Assembly: GCA_903869345.1 (NCBI GenBank)
Contig: CAIPYM010000008.1
Coordinates: 15,194 to 79,193, forward strand
Source: an uncultured Pseudomonadota bacterium
GTDB lineage: Bacteria > Pseudomonadota > Alphaproteobacteria > UBA9219
Length of the DNA stretch: 64,000 nucleotides
Direction: 5' to 3'
The notes below the pieces were generated by a model that saw only the letters and a list, made by a program, of their open reading frames with translations, was not told the origin of the DNA and did not search any database. Within the stretch, counting starts at the first letter, position 1. Every line of letters begins with the position of its first letter. The position numbers and the translations under genes were made by a program. This document shows, one piece after another, positions 1 through 9,621 of the stretch.

Positions 1-116
1 GCTCAAGGATTGCGGGAAGCACGGCGGTGTTTCCTCTCCCACAAGCGAGGGAGTCGGACCGCGCAGATTGCGATGTCATCCACCCTGATTTCAGGCTCAT
101 TTTATGTGAGGGTGCC

Positions 117-650
117 CTATGGCAGAGCGGCGATGGCAAGGTGCAAAGCTTCCCGGACGGTTTGAAGGCGAACAGCGGTGCGATCGCCCTTGAACAAGCA
201 ACGGACATGAAAAACGCCGCCCGTCGCCCGCCCAGCGACGCCAAGGTAAACGAGCCCTACGGGTTTTTTGTCCGTCCCCCCTGAGGGCCCCGCGATTCCG
301 GTCGTCGCAAGCGCCACAGTCACGGACAGAGGCGCGTGATTCAAGACCCCTTTGGCCATGGCCTCGGCCACCTCAGCGCTGACCGCCCCGTGACGGATGA
401 GCACGTCCTCCGGAACACCGAGCAGGTCGCGCTTGGCCTCGTCGCTGTAGGTGACCCACCCGCGCTCAAACATGGCGGAGGCTCCCGGTACCGCCGTCAA
501 CGCCGCCGCGACCAGCCCACCTGTGCAGGATTCGGCCACGGCCAAGCGCACACCGGCCTTGGTGTAGAGCGCCACGACGCGCTGCGCCTGTGCTGCGAGG
601 TCCGCGCTGCTCGGAGAACCCTCTGCGAGGTCCGGCGAAAGATCGCGCAT
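117..650 (-). CDS. CinA C-terminal domain protein (PncC-like nicotinamide-nucleotide amidohydrolase)
   Basis: ORF 117..722 translation matches the CinA-C family (…AVAESCTGGLVAAALT…). The first 24 codons of the ORF run through a tRNA-Gln gene, so the start is placed at internal ATG 648-650 (MRDLSPDL…). Confidence 0.65.
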   Translation of the reverse strand: MRDLSPDLAEGSPSSADLAAQAQRVVALYTKAGVRLAVAESCTGGLVAAALTAVPGASAMFERGWVTYSDEAKRDLLGVPEDVLIRHGAVSAEVAEAMAKGVLNHAPLSVTVALATTGIAGPSGGTDKKPVGLVYLGVAGRATGGVFHVRCLFKGDRTAVRLQTVREALHLAIAALP

Positions 651-690
651 CCCAGCGGCTCCCCCCTCTTTCCGGAAAACAAACACATGT

Positions 691-765
691 TGGTTGGGGC
701 GGGAGGATTCGAACCTTCGCATGGCGGAATCAAAATCCGCTGCCTTACCACTTGGCTACGCCCCA
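691..765 (-). tRNA. tRNA-Gln (anticodon UUG)
   Basis: The reverse complement reads TGGGGCGTAGCCAAGTGGTAAGGCAGCGGATTTTGATTCCGCCATGCGAAGGTTCGAATCCTCCCGCCCCAACCA. This gives a cloverleaf with a 7-bp acceptor stem, a TTTTGAT anticodon loop (TTG), a TTCGAAT T-loop and an encoded CCA. It closely resembles E. coli tRNA-Gln. Confidence 0.85.
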
Positions 766-823
766 GCGCTCGAAGGGGCCGATCTTAGCTTGTCATCCTC
801 AGCCGATCAACGCGTTTTCAGCT

Positions 824-852
824 TGAAAAAGGGCGCGCGCAGCCTTTTTTCC
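824..852 (-). terminator. Possible intrinsic terminator between hpnG and tRNA-Gln
   Basis: Near-palindromic GC core (AAAAAGGGCGCGCGCAGCCTTTTTT) flanked by A and T runs, downstream of the hpnG stop. Confidence 0.35.
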
Positions 853-1497
853 TTAGTCCTTCAAAGCCTGCACAACGCGCTTAAGGGATTGGAGGGCACG
901 ACCCCGCGCCCGCCCCAACCGCACGAGAGCTGGGATTTGCCACGGTTCAAGAAGCACGCTGAAGAAAATCCCAAGGTGGTTCAGACCCCCTCCTTCCCGG
1001 AGCGGCACACGCGCGGCGAGGGGCAAGTCCTGATCGGCTGTGTCCAGAACAACACGTACAGCCATAAAAGGAATCCCCATCATCGCTGCCGAGGCCGCCA
1101 GAGGCTGACTTTCCATGTCCACCGCAAGGCAACGGGTTGTTTGATGCAGATTTCGTTTGTTCGCAGCAAACGTAACAAGATCCTCGGCGCCCCAAAGAGG
1201 GCCGCGCACGGCCTCGGGCAATCGCGCGTGCAGGGGGCTCTGTAAATTTTCACTGCACACCCAGAACCCCTGTTCCGACTGAACGGCCGTGGCGATGACC
1301 ACCGAGCCGGGCGCTAACGCGGGATCCAGCCCCCCCGCGAAGCCAAAGCTCAAAAGGCGCGTGGCCCCTTGCGAGGCCAGAACCAGCGCCATGTTGCGAG
1401 CGGTCTGTAGGTTCGATGCGCTACACACCACGCGGCTGTCGGGGAGGGAACGCACGAGATCGGCCTCGCACGTGAGACCACACAGAATCCCCAGCAT
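853..1497 (-). CDS. hpnG: Hopanoid-associated phosphorylase HpnG (PNP/UDP phosphorylase family)
   Basis: 214-aa ORF with PNP_UDP_1-like sequence, located immediately downstream of hpnH. Confidence 0.7.
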   Translation of the reverse strand: MLGILCGLTCEADLVRSLPDSRVVCSASNLQTARNMALVLASQGATRLLSFGFAGGLDPALAPGSVVIATAVQSEQGFWVCSENLQSPLHARLPEAVRGPLWGAEDLVTFAANKRNLHQTTRCLAVDMESQPLAASAAMMGIPFMAVRVVLDTADQDLPLAARVPLREGGGLNHLGIFFSVLLEPWQIPALVRLGRARGRALQSLKRVVQALKD

Positions 1498-1511
1498 GCC
1501 CCTCGTCCCCC

Positions 1512-2663
1512 TTACGTCCGACCCAGGGGCCCCTTAGGGTTCTCAATCTGCGTCAGGGCTTGGCGCACACGGGTCTCAAACACGTATTCCGCTGGACGTT
1601 GCTGCGAAAGGTCCAGGTCAGGCGAAAAGGGGCCTTCGGTGCGTGGGCCCCGCAACCGCACACCCAGGGCCTTCCAAGGACGGTGCAACGCATCTTCCGC
1701 CGCCGAGGGTTCATACCCGCAATGGACCATGCAGTTCGCGCACTTTTCGTACCGACCCGTGCCGTAGCGGTCCCAGTCCGTCGTTTCCATCAGCTCCTTG
1801 AACGTCGGGACAAACTCTTCCCCCAGCAAATAGCACGGACGCTGCCACCCAAAGACGTTGCGCGTCGGGTTGCCCCAGGGGGTGCACCGGTACGTCTGAT
1901 TACCTGCGAGGTAATCCATGTAGAGGCTCGATTGGCTGAATCGCCATTTTGGTTTGCCCTGCTGAACGCGCTCCCGCCCGAGACGAAAAAGCGAACGGAA
2001 AAGATTTTTGGTCGCGGTGCGCGTTAGGAAATGCTCTTGGTCCGCCGCGCGTTCATAGGCATACCCCGGTGAAAGGGTAATCGCGCTCACGCCAATGTCC
2101 ATCATGTGATCAAAGAACTCCGCCATGCGCTCGGGCGAGGCGGTGTTGAACAATGTGCAGTTGATGTTGACGCGAAAGCCCTTGGCCAGCGCCGCGCGTA
2201 TCGCGCTTTCGGCCCGATCATAGACGCCCTCTTTGTTCACGGCCCGGTCATGATCCTCCCGCCCGCCGTCCAAATGGATGGACCACGCGAAATAGGGCGA
2301 GGGCGTGTACTGATCCATTTTCTTGTCCAGGAGCAGCGCGTTCGTGCAGAGGTACACGTACTTTTTCCGCGCGATGATCCCTTCGACAATCTGGGGCATT
2401 TCGTGGTGCAACAGGGGCTCGCCCCCAGGAATCGAGACAACCGGCGCCCCGCATTCATCCACCGCTTTCAGGCAGTCCTCCACCGACAGGCGCTGATTCA
2501 AAATCTCCGCCGGGTAGTCAATCTTGCCGCACCCAATGCACGCGAGGTTGCAGCGAAAGAGCGGCTCCAGCATCAGAACCAAGGGGTAACGTTTGTTCCC
2601 CGCCAGTTTTTGCCGGAGGATGTAAAGGGCAATATCGGCTTGCTGGCGCAGGGGAACGGACAT
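1512..2663 (-). CDS. hpnH: Hopanoid biosynthesis radical SAM protein HpnH (adenosylhopane synthase)
   Basis: Radical SAM CxxxCxxC motif (LFRCNLACIGCGKIDYP) and overall HpnH-like sequence. Start placed at internal ATG (MSVPLRQQ…), which fits HpnH N-termini. Confidence 0.8.
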   Translation of the reverse strand: MSVPLRQQADIALYILRQKLAGNKRYPLVLMLEPLFRCNLACIGCGKIDYPAEILNQRLSVEDCLKAVDECGAPVVSIPGGEPLLHHEMPQIVEGIIARKKYVYLCTNALLLDKKMDQYTPSPYFAWSIHLDGGREDHDRAVNKEGVYDRAESAIRAALAKGFRVNINCTLFNTASPERMAEFFDHMMDIGVSAITLSPGYAYERAADQEHFLTRTATKNLFRSLFRLGRERVQQGKPKWRFSQSSLYMDYLAGNQTYRCTPWGNPTRNVFGWQRPCYLLGEEFVPTFKELMETTDWDRYGTGRYEKCANCMVHCGYEPSAAEDALHRPWKALGVRLRGPRTEGPFSPDLDLSQQRPAEYVFETRVRQALTQIENPKGPLGRT

Positions 2664-2947
2664 CAGGGACCTCTTAGGCGACACATCAGAACGGTGAAGA
2701 CGAACGAGCCAACAACAAAGATGAAAAAAACCCTTTTTCTCCTCCATCCGTCATTCCGGCGAATGCCGGAATCCATGGTGCCTGGGGCTCCGGTGATGAA
2801 TCCCGGCTTTTGCCGGGGTGACAAGGGGACGAGACGGAGAAAAGAAAAACGTGTGCTGTTTGACAGGACGGCTCTTCCACGTCCGGTTTTTCCTCCCCCC
2901 CGCCCGAGCGGATCAACCCCCGAGCAGAGGGGGAGAGTGTTCCAACG

Positions 2948-4465
2948 TTACTTCTTTTTCCCGCCGTGGCATCCGCAGGTTGAAGAACAGCCGGATTCGG
3001 CAGACTTCTTGCCACCGGGGATCGTCGCCACGTGCAAGATGTTGGTTGAGCCCGCTTGTTTGAACGGCACCCCTGACGTGATCACAATCTTGTCGCCGGG
3101 CCCAGCAAGACCGCTTTGTTCAGCGGCACGAACCGCGCCTTGGACCATGCCATCGAAGTTCGAGACATCTTCTGTAAAGACCGGGCACAACCCAAACGAC
3201 AAGACCAAACGCCTCGCCGTCTCAAGCCGCGACGTCAGAACCAAGATTGGCACCGAAGGACGCTCACGCGCCGCCCGCAGCGCCGTCTGTCCCGAGAGCG
3301 TGTAGACGACGATCGCCTTTGCACCCACCGTCTCGGCCGCCTGGTAAGCTGCTGCGGTGATGGCGTCTGCCGCTGTGTTTTGAAGAGGGTATTTTTGAGC
3401 AGCAAGATTCGTGCGGTACATGGGGTCTTCTTGCGTACGTCGCGCAATCCTATCCATCATTTGAACGGATTCAATCGGATAAGAACCCGCCGCACTTTCC
3501 GCCGAAAGCATAATTGCGTCTGCACCGTCATACACCGCCGTGGCGACATCCGAAGCCTCGGCCCGTGTAGGGGTTGGGGCCGTTATCATCGATTCGAGCA
3601 TTTGTGTAGCCACGATCACGGGTTTTCCAATCCTCCGTGCTTCACGCACAATGCGCTTTTGAACCTGAGGGACATCCTCGGGTGGCATTTCAACGCCGAG
3701 GTCCCCGCGGGCCACCATAAAGCCGTCAGCCAATTCCATAATGGCTTCCAAATTCTGAATCGCCTGGGGCTTTTCTAATTTAATCAGGAGGGGAGCTCGC
3801 CCCTTGATCCTGTCCAAGCCTTCCTGAACATCCTCGGGGCGTTGCACGAACGACTGGAACACCCAGTCCACACCAAGATCCAGAATGAAATCGAGATCCG
3901 CAATATCTTTCGGTGTGAAAGGTGAAAGCGGCAGAATGAAGTCGGGCACATTCACGCCCTTGCGGTCCGAGATACGGGTGCCTGCAACAACCTCGGTCTC
4001 CATAAAATCCTTGCCGACTTTTAGAATTTTCAAACGCACTTTTCCGTCATCAAGAAGAAGGGTCTTTCCCGCCTCTGCTGCCGCGAAAATCTCGGGGTGA
4101 GGCATGGAAACACGTATTTCCGTGCCGGGTGTTTTTGTATCCAGGTCAAGACGGAACGCCTGCCCCTCTTTCAGGTCCACAGACTTGTTGGCGAATGTTC
4201 CAAGCCGCAGCTTGGGCCCCTGTAAATCGCCGATCACCGAAATCTGACGGCCTGTTTTTTTCGAAATCTCACGAATCATGTGGTACCGCGCACCATGCTC
4301 GGCATGCGTGCCATGACTAAAGTTCAACCGCGCAACATCAACCCCCGCTTCAAACAAAGCTGTCAGCTTGGCCTCATCGGGCGAGCCATCGGGCAGACAC
4401 GCGGCAGGCCCAATCGTGGCAACAATCTTGATGGGGCGATTACGGAAACAAAAACTCTTCGTCAT
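2948..4465 (-). CDS. pyk: Pyruvate kinase with an unusual Cys/Lys-rich C-terminal tail
   Basis: Canonical PK motifs (IVATIGPA…, NFSHG…, MVARGDLGVE). Start ATG confirmed at 4463-4465 (MTKSFCFRNRPIKIV). The protein ends …TIPGGKKSAESGCSSTCGCHGGKKK. Confidence 0.9.
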   Translation of the reverse strand: MTKSFCFRNRPIKIVATIGPAACLPDGSPDEAKLTALFEAGVDVARLNFSHGTHAEHGARYHMIREISKKTGRQISVIGDLQGPKLRLGTFANKSVDLKEGQAFRLDLDTKTPGTEIRVSMPHPEIFAAAEAGKTLLLDDGKVRLKILKVGKDFMETEVVAGTRISDRKGVNVPDFILPLSPFTPKDIADLDFILDLGVDWVFQSFVQRPEDVQEGLDRIKGRAPLLIKLEKPQAIQNLEAIMELADGFMVARGDLGVEMPPEDVPQVQKRIVREARRIGKPVIVATQMLESMITAPTPTRAEASDVATAVYDGADAIMLSAESAAGSYPIESVQMMDRIARRTQEDPMYRTNLAAQKYPLQNTAADAITAAAYQAAETVGAKAIVVYTLSGQTALRAARERPSVPILVLTSRLETARRLVLSFGLCPVFTEDVSNFDGMVQGAVRAAEQSGLAGPGDKIVITSGVPFKQAGSTNILHVATIPGGKKSAESGCSSTCGCHGGKKK

Positions 4466-4666
4466 GGAAAACCTCGGAGATAAGAAAGGAGAAAAGGGAC
4501 AGAAGGAGACGGGACGCAGGGCACCTACCGAGGCCCTTCGCTCATCGCTTAACACGCCTTGTAACACAATCTTTGGCGTTTGGGGAAAGATTTTTTGGTT
4601 TTCTTTCACCCTTTATTGTCACATCGCACCGTTCTCAGCCCCTGGTCCATCAAGAGGCCCGAACGC

Positions 4667-6796
4667 TCAAACCTGCCCGAGTGTTTTGATGCGGGCTTTC
4701 GGATGAATCTCATTCTGCGACATCACGACGGTGGAGGGCCGGAAGCGTTCCACGATGGACCGCACGTGCAGGCGAATCCCAGGGCTTGTCAAAAGAGCGG
4801 GCATTTCGGACGCAATGGCAGGGGTTTCGTAAGCCTTGCGCACGGCCACAATAAACCTTTGCAAGTCGCTGGGCGGCATAGCGAGACGCTTTTCCTCCCC
4901 ATCCCCCGTGAGCGATTCGGCAAACGCCTGTTCCCACTCCGCCGACAGCGTCACCAGCGGGATGTAGCCCATGCCGCCCGTGACCGAATCGGAAATCTGG
5001 CGCGCCAGGCGCATGCGGACATGTTCGGAAATGAGGTTGAGGTTGCGAGTCAACACCGTCGCCTCGCCAATTCCTTCCAGAATCGTCGGAAGGTCGCGGA
5101 TCGACACACGCTCGGCCAGAAGGTTTTGCAAAACACGCTGCAGACCACTCACGGTGACTTGGCTCGGGATCAGGTCCGCGATGAGTTTTTGATGTTCCTT
5201 CCCAAGGCCGTCCAGAAGTTTTTGCGTCTCCGCGTACGAGAGAAGCTCGGGCAAATTGTCTTTCACAAGCTCGGTGAGGTGCGTCGTGATGACGGTCGGC
5301 GGGTCGACAACCGTGTACATGCGGAACAGCGCCTCTTCGCGCCGCGTTGGGTCAATCCACAGGGCGGGCAAACCAAACGTCGGCTCCATCGTCGGCTCAC
5401 CCATGAGCGTGATGGGCTTGCCCTTGGGATCCATGACGAGCAGCTTGTCCGCGCGCAAATCGCCGCGTCCGGCTTCAATTTCCTTGAGGCGAATCACGTA
5501 CGTGTTGGAGGACAGCTGAACGTTGTCCTGAATGCGAACCGCGGGCATGACAAACCCAAGATCCGTCGCCAATTGCCGACGAAGGCCTTTGATTTGCTCG
5601 GTCAGGCGGTGGCCCCCGTCGGCCTTCACGAGGCTCAAAAGGGCGTAGCCCAGCTCAAGGCGGATCAGATCCATCGTCAGGGTCTGCGCGATGGGCTCCT
5701 CGGTTGGCGCGGCGGGCTTGGCGAGGACCTCGGCGGCCTCCACCTGCGCCTTTCGCCGCGTGGATGTTAAAAAGTACGCGCCGCCTCCCGCGAGACCGCT
5801 GAGAACCGCGAACGGCAGAAACGGCATGCCCGGCATGATGGCCAGAAACCCCAGCATGGCCGATGAAAGCCCTAAGGCCCCTGGGTAGCCGCTGAGTTGC
5901 CCAAACAGCGCCTTGTCAGTGGACCCCGTCACGTTGGATTTGGAGACCAACAAGCCCGCCGCGACGGAGACCAACAGCGCCGGAATTTGCGTCACGAGCC
6001 CATCGCCCACCGTGAGGCGCACGTACGAATCGGCGGCCTCCAGCACCGGCATATCGTGCCGAAACGCACCGATGGCAATTCCGCCGATGATGTTGATGAA
6101 CGTGATGACAAGGCCCGCGATGGCATCCCCGCGCACGAATTTCGCGGCACCGTCCATGGACCCGAAGAAGTTGCTTTCATCCTCCAACGATTTGCGACGA
6201 CGGCGCGCCTCGTCCTCGTTGATCAGGCCCGAGGACAGATCCGCGTCCACGGCCATTTGCTTGCCCGGCATGGCGTCCAACGTGAACCGCGCGGCCACTT
6301 CAGCAATGCGCCCCGAGCCTTTCGTGATGACCACAAAATTCACGATGGTGAGGATGGCAAAGACAATCACCCCGATGATGAAATCGCCCCCCATCACCAT
6401 GTTGGCAAACGCCCGCACCACCTGCCCCGCCGCCCCCTCCCCTTCGTTTCCGTGCGTTAAGATGAGGCGCGTCGTGCTGAGATTCATCGCAAGCCGCAAG
6501 AGGGTTGTGATGAGCAAAACCGTCGGGAACGTGCTGAAATCCAGCGGTTTTCCGATCAGGAGCACCGTCATGAGAATCAGGATGGCGAACGTCATGGAAA
6601 TGGAAAGGCCAAAGTCCACGAGCCACGAGGGAATCGGCAACACAAGGACGGCCAGAATGACCATCAGGCCCGTGGCGAGCCAGATATCGCCACGGTGGAA
6701 AAGTTTGTTCAGCTCAGCGAACATCGCGCCGCCACCCTCGTTGAGAGGCGGCTCAGCCGCAGTTTCGGCAGCAGAATCGGCGTCAGAAGGGGGCAT
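4667..6796 (-). CDS. flhA: Flagellar biosynthesis protein FlhA
   Basis: FlhA family sequence over about 700 aa (…FRHDMPVLEAADSYVRLTVGDGLVTQIPALLVS…). The ORF begins with TTG at 6808; the first ATG (6794-6796, MPPSDADS) is chosen. Confidence 0.9.
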   Translation of the reverse strand: MPPSDADSAAETAAEPPLNEGGGAMFAELNKLFHRGDIWLATGLMVILAVLVLPIPSWLVDFGLSISMTFAILILMTVLLIGKPLDFSTFPTVLLITTLLRLAMNLSTTRLILTHGNEGEGAAGQVVRAFANMVMGGDFIIGVIVFAILTIVNFVVITKGSGRIAEVAARFTLDAMPGKQMAVDADLSSGLINEDEARRRRKSLEDESNFFGSMDGAAKFVRGDAIAGLVITFINIIGGIAIGAFRHDMPVLEAADSYVRLTVGDGLVTQIPALLVSVAAGLLVSKSNVTGSTDKALFGQLSGYPGALGLSSAMLGFLAIMPGMPFLPFAVLSGLAGGGAYFLTSTRRKAQVEAAEVLAKPAAPTEEPIAQTLTMDLIRLELGYALLSLVKADGGHRLTEQIKGLRRQLATDLGFVMPAVRIQDNVQLSSNTYVIRLKEIEAGRGDLRADKLLVMDPKGKPITLMGEPTMEPTFGLPALWIDPTRREEALFRMYTVVDPPTVITTHLTELVKDNLPELLSYAETQKLLDGLGKEHQKLIADLIPSQVTVSGLQRVLQNLLAERVSIRDLPTILEGIGEATVLTRNLNLISEHVRMRLARQISDSVTGGMGYIPLVTLSAEWEQAFAESLTGDGEEKRLAMPPSDLQRFIVAVRKAYETPAIASEMPALLTSPGIRLHVRSIVERFRPSTVVMSQNEIHPKARIKTLGQV

Positions 6797-7010
6797 GGGA
6801 ACGAGCAATCGCCAAGGGAACCACGGGCCTTATACCACGAACCGATGCGGGTAAGCCCCCCCCTCATCAACTCGGATGAACGTTGCGATTCGGGCCCCTC
6901 TCTTTCAGCGTCCCCCCGACGAACGTCGGATCCCTTTTCATTCCGTCACAAGCATCGGCCCTGGATTCGCCGGAATGACGGGAAAAATCGGGTCAAACGT
7001 CCCCCACGAC

Positions 7011-8429
7011 CTAAGGCGCCGCGTGTTCGCCCTCAGCGCCCGAGGCGGGAGGAACGGGAGAGCCAAGATCACTGTAAAGTTTCAGCTTGTTGCGAAGCGT
7101 GCGAATCGAGATTCCGAGAATCGTCGCGGCATGCGTCCGATTCCCTAAACAATGGTGCAACGTGTCGAGAATCAAGTCGCGCTCCACGTCCGCGACTTTG
7201 CGCCCCACAAGCGATCCTCCGCCTCCGACCGCGCCGAGCACGGACGCCGACGATCCCGCAGATAGATCGGTGTTGACAGCAACCACAGCAGCCGCCCCGC
7301 TGATCGGAGACCCGCCGTCACGGGACAAGGCACCGCTTTGCAGAACAATATCCTCAACCTCAATCGCGGGCCCCTGAGCCAGCAAAACGGCGCGGTGCAG
7401 CGCATTTTCCAATTCCCGCACGTTGCCGCGCCAGGTGCACGTCCGCAACCGATCCAAGGCTTCGGGTGACAAAGCGCGAACGGGAATCGCGTTCACTTCC
7501 GCGTATTTGCGGATGAAATGCTCAGCCAGCGGCGCAATGTCCGCCGGCCTCTCCCGCAAAGGCGGCAAAGCGAGGTTCACGACGTTGAGGCGGTAATAGA
7601 GGTCTTCCCGGAAGCGTCCGGCATCCACCTCGGCGGCCATGTCCCGGTTCGAGGTCGCAATCAGGCGGATATCCACGCGAACCGGCGCTGTGCCCCCCAC
7701 GCGATCCACCTCGCGTTCCTGAACGACGCGCAAAAGCTTGGCTTGTAAGCGAAGGTCCATCTCACTGATTTCGTCGAGCAGCAACGTACCGCCGTTCGCT
7801 TCCTCAAACTTCCCGATGCGCCGCGCGACAGCTCCCGTGAACGCGCCTTTTTCGTGCCCGAACAGCTCCGATTCCAGCAAATGATCGGGAATCGCGGCGC
7901 AATTTACCGACACGAATCGCGCCCCCGAACGGCGGCTCTTGCGATGGATGAATCGGGCGACGACTTCCTTGCCCGTTCCCGACTCGCCCGTGATCAGGAC
8001 CGACGCATCGCTCGGCGCCACGCGCTCCACCAACGTCAAAACAGGCTTCATCGAGGGATCGCGCGCAATGAAGGTTTTATCCTCGTGCGCGACGGCTTCC
8101 AGAACCGCCGCGATCAGCTCCGGATCGGGCGGAAGGGGAAGGTATTCTCGGGCTCCGCCACGAATCGCCCGCACCGCCGCCGCACTGTCCGCGCCAATGC
8201 CACAGGCCACCACGGGAACATTGATGCGTTCGGACTTCAGGCTTTTGACGAGCGACCCAATGTCCAGCCCAACATCGCATAAAATCAGCTCGGCCCCGTG
8301 CCCAACGCGCAAAGCATCCAACGCCGCCGCCAGCGTCTCGCTGTGTGTCACCTGAGCTCCCCGACGCGACGCAAGCGCACCCGCCGTCGCAAGAGGGCCT
8401 GAAAGAGAACCGATCATCAAAAGGCGCAT
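7011..8429 (-). CDS. flbD: Sigma-54-dependent flagellar transcriptional activator FlbD
   Basis: Receiver-like N-terminal domain, AAA+ sigma-54 interaction domain ([14 protein letters not shown], the [15 protein letters not shown] block) and a C-terminal HTH. It lies after fliN, as in Caulobacter. Confidence 0.8.
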   Translation of the reverse strand: MRLLMIGSLSGPLATAGALASRRGAQVTHSETLAAALDALRVGHGAELILCDVGLDIGSLVKSLKSERINVPVVACGIGADSAAAVRAIRGGAREYLPLPPDPELIAAVLEAVAHEDKTFIARDPSMKPVLTLVERVAPSDASVLITGESGTGKEVVARFIHRKSRRSGARFVSVNCAAIPDHLLESELFGHEKGAFTGAVARRIGKFEEANGGTLLLDEISEMDLRLQAKLLRVVQEREVDRVGGTAPVRVDIRLIATSNRDMAAEVDAGRFREDLYYRLNVVNLALPPLRERPADIAPLAEHFIRKYAEVNAIPVRALSPEALDRLRTCTWRGNVRELENALHRAVLLAQGPAIEVEDIVLQSGALSRDGGSPISGAAAVVAVNTDLSAGSSASVLGAVGGGGSLVGRKVADVERDLILDTLHHCLGNRTHAATILGISIRTLRNKLKLYSDLGSPVPPASGAEGEHAAP

Positions 8430-8541
8430 AGCTTTTTCTAACCTTTCCTGGCTTCACGGAATGTTCTGTACCCCCGGATCACACCGCGAGTCCGCAAAAA
8501 CTCCCCGGACCCACGACCGCCTGAACGAATCGCAAATGAGC

Positions 8542-8931
8542 TTAATTGCGTTCCGTGGTCTTGATGATTTCCGTCATGGTAATGCCCAGTCGATCTTCCA
8601 CAACCACCACTTCACCCCGCGCGACGAGCCGATCGTTCACGTAAATATCAATGGGCTCCCCCACGCGACGATCCAGCTCCACGACCGCCCCACGCCCAAG
8701 CTTCAGGAGGCTGCTCACCTGCATCGTGCTCTTGCCAAGAACCGCCGAGACAACCACCGGAATACTGTACACGGCTTCAAGGTCCCCAACGGTCACTTCC
8801 CGCTGGTCCCCGGACGCCTCGCTTGAAGGCGCAGCCCCACCCGCCCCCGACGACCCGGCGGCTTCCACCTTCGCGGCCTCGGTGCCGGAGGGTTTTTCAA
8901 GTTCTGTGAGCGTTAGACCTTCGTCCGCCAT
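8542..8931 (-). CDS. fliN: Flagellar motor switch protein FliN
   Basis: 129 aa with the FliN/SpoA C-terminal domain (…GEPIDIYVNDRLVARGEVVVVEDRLGITMTEII). Confidence 0.85.
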   Translation of the reverse strand: MADEGLTLTELEKPSGTEAAKVEAAGSSGAGGAAPSSEASGDQREVTVGDLEAVYSIPVVVSAVLGKSTMQVSSLLKLGRGAVVELDRRVGEPIDIYVNDRLVARGEVVVVEDRLGITMTEIIKTTERN

Positions 8932-8973
8932 AAGCGTCCCCCTTCTTCGCGAATCGCCCGCGAACCATCCGTA

Positions 8974-9621
8974 TTATGCACGTGTTGGCGGCTGTTGTGC
9001 ACGCACGACCACATTTTCCAACCGTTCCAATATCAGCTGCTCGCGGCGCTCCATCCCGCCGTCGGCCCATTCCACGCGGCATTCCGACAGCCCGAGCCCG
9101 GAATCCCCGCGCACGATCAAGGTGCCGGGATAGGCGTGCAACGTCGCAAGGTTCAGCAAAACCTTTTGAGCTTCGTCCACACGCGCCTCGGCAACGCGCA
9201 CGGTGAAACGTGGCTCCTCCCCGAGATCCCCCATCGCCGTCGTGACAAGCCCCTCCACTTCCTCCAGGCCGTGACGTTCCGCCCATATGGGAAAGAGCTT
9301 ACGCGCAAGCGCCAAAGCCAAGGCCTTGGCCTCGTCGTGCCGTTGGCGGTCCAGGACGTCCACTTCCTTTTGCAGCCCCTCCAGACGCACGTTGATCTCT
9401 TCAAGCAACGCGTTCAAGCGACTGTGTTGCGAATCGTTTTCTTCCTGCCGCCCGGCGAAACGCCCTTCGTCAAACGCGGTACGCCGCGCCGCTTCCACGT
9501 GCTCGGCCGTAAACGTCGGTTCAGGCGGCACGTCCTCCTCCGGATCCACGAAAGAGCGTTCCAGAAAAAGCGCACGCGCACGCGCTGCCGGATCCGGGAC
9601 AACGTCCGCGTTAATAGACAA
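8974..9621 (-). CDS. fliH: FliH/FlbE-like flagellar assembly protein
   Basis: Position between fliG and fliN, as for Caulobacter flbE. Glu/Arg-rich FliH-like sequence. Start chosen at TTG 9619-9621, preceded by GGAGGAGGA and overlapping the fliG stop by 11 nt. Upstream ORF codons overlap fliG. Confidence 0.55.
   Translation of the reverse strand: MSINADVVPDPAARARALFLERSFVDPEEDVPPEPTFTAEHVEAARRTAFDEGRFAGRQEENDSQHSRLNALLEEINVRLEGLQKEVDVLDRQRHDEAKALALALARKLFPIWAERHGLEEVEGLVTTAMGDLGEEPRFTVRVAEARVDEAQKVLLNLATLHAYPGTLIVRGDSGLGLSECRVEWADGGMERREQLILERLENVVVRAQQPPTRA

Noticed and set aside
27-284. 85-aa plus-strand ORF at the window start
   Set aside because: It overlaps the CinA-C gene antisense and has no features. 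It is likely spurious.
2801-2816. CCCGGCTTTTGCCGGG as an FlbD/NtrC-type enhancer (ftr-like dyad)
   Set aside because: It lies downstream of pyk and upstream of hpnH, not of a flagellar gene. It is more simply explained as a 3' hairpin.
4580-6854. Long ORFs antisense to flhA (4580..5770, 5913..6854) and similar long antisense frames across the window (e.g. 12503..13381, 21967..23142, 30673..31698)
   Set aside because: They are typical stop-codon-poor antisense frames in GC-rich DNA. They are Arg/Pro/Ala-rich with no recognisable domains and fully overlap well-supported genes.
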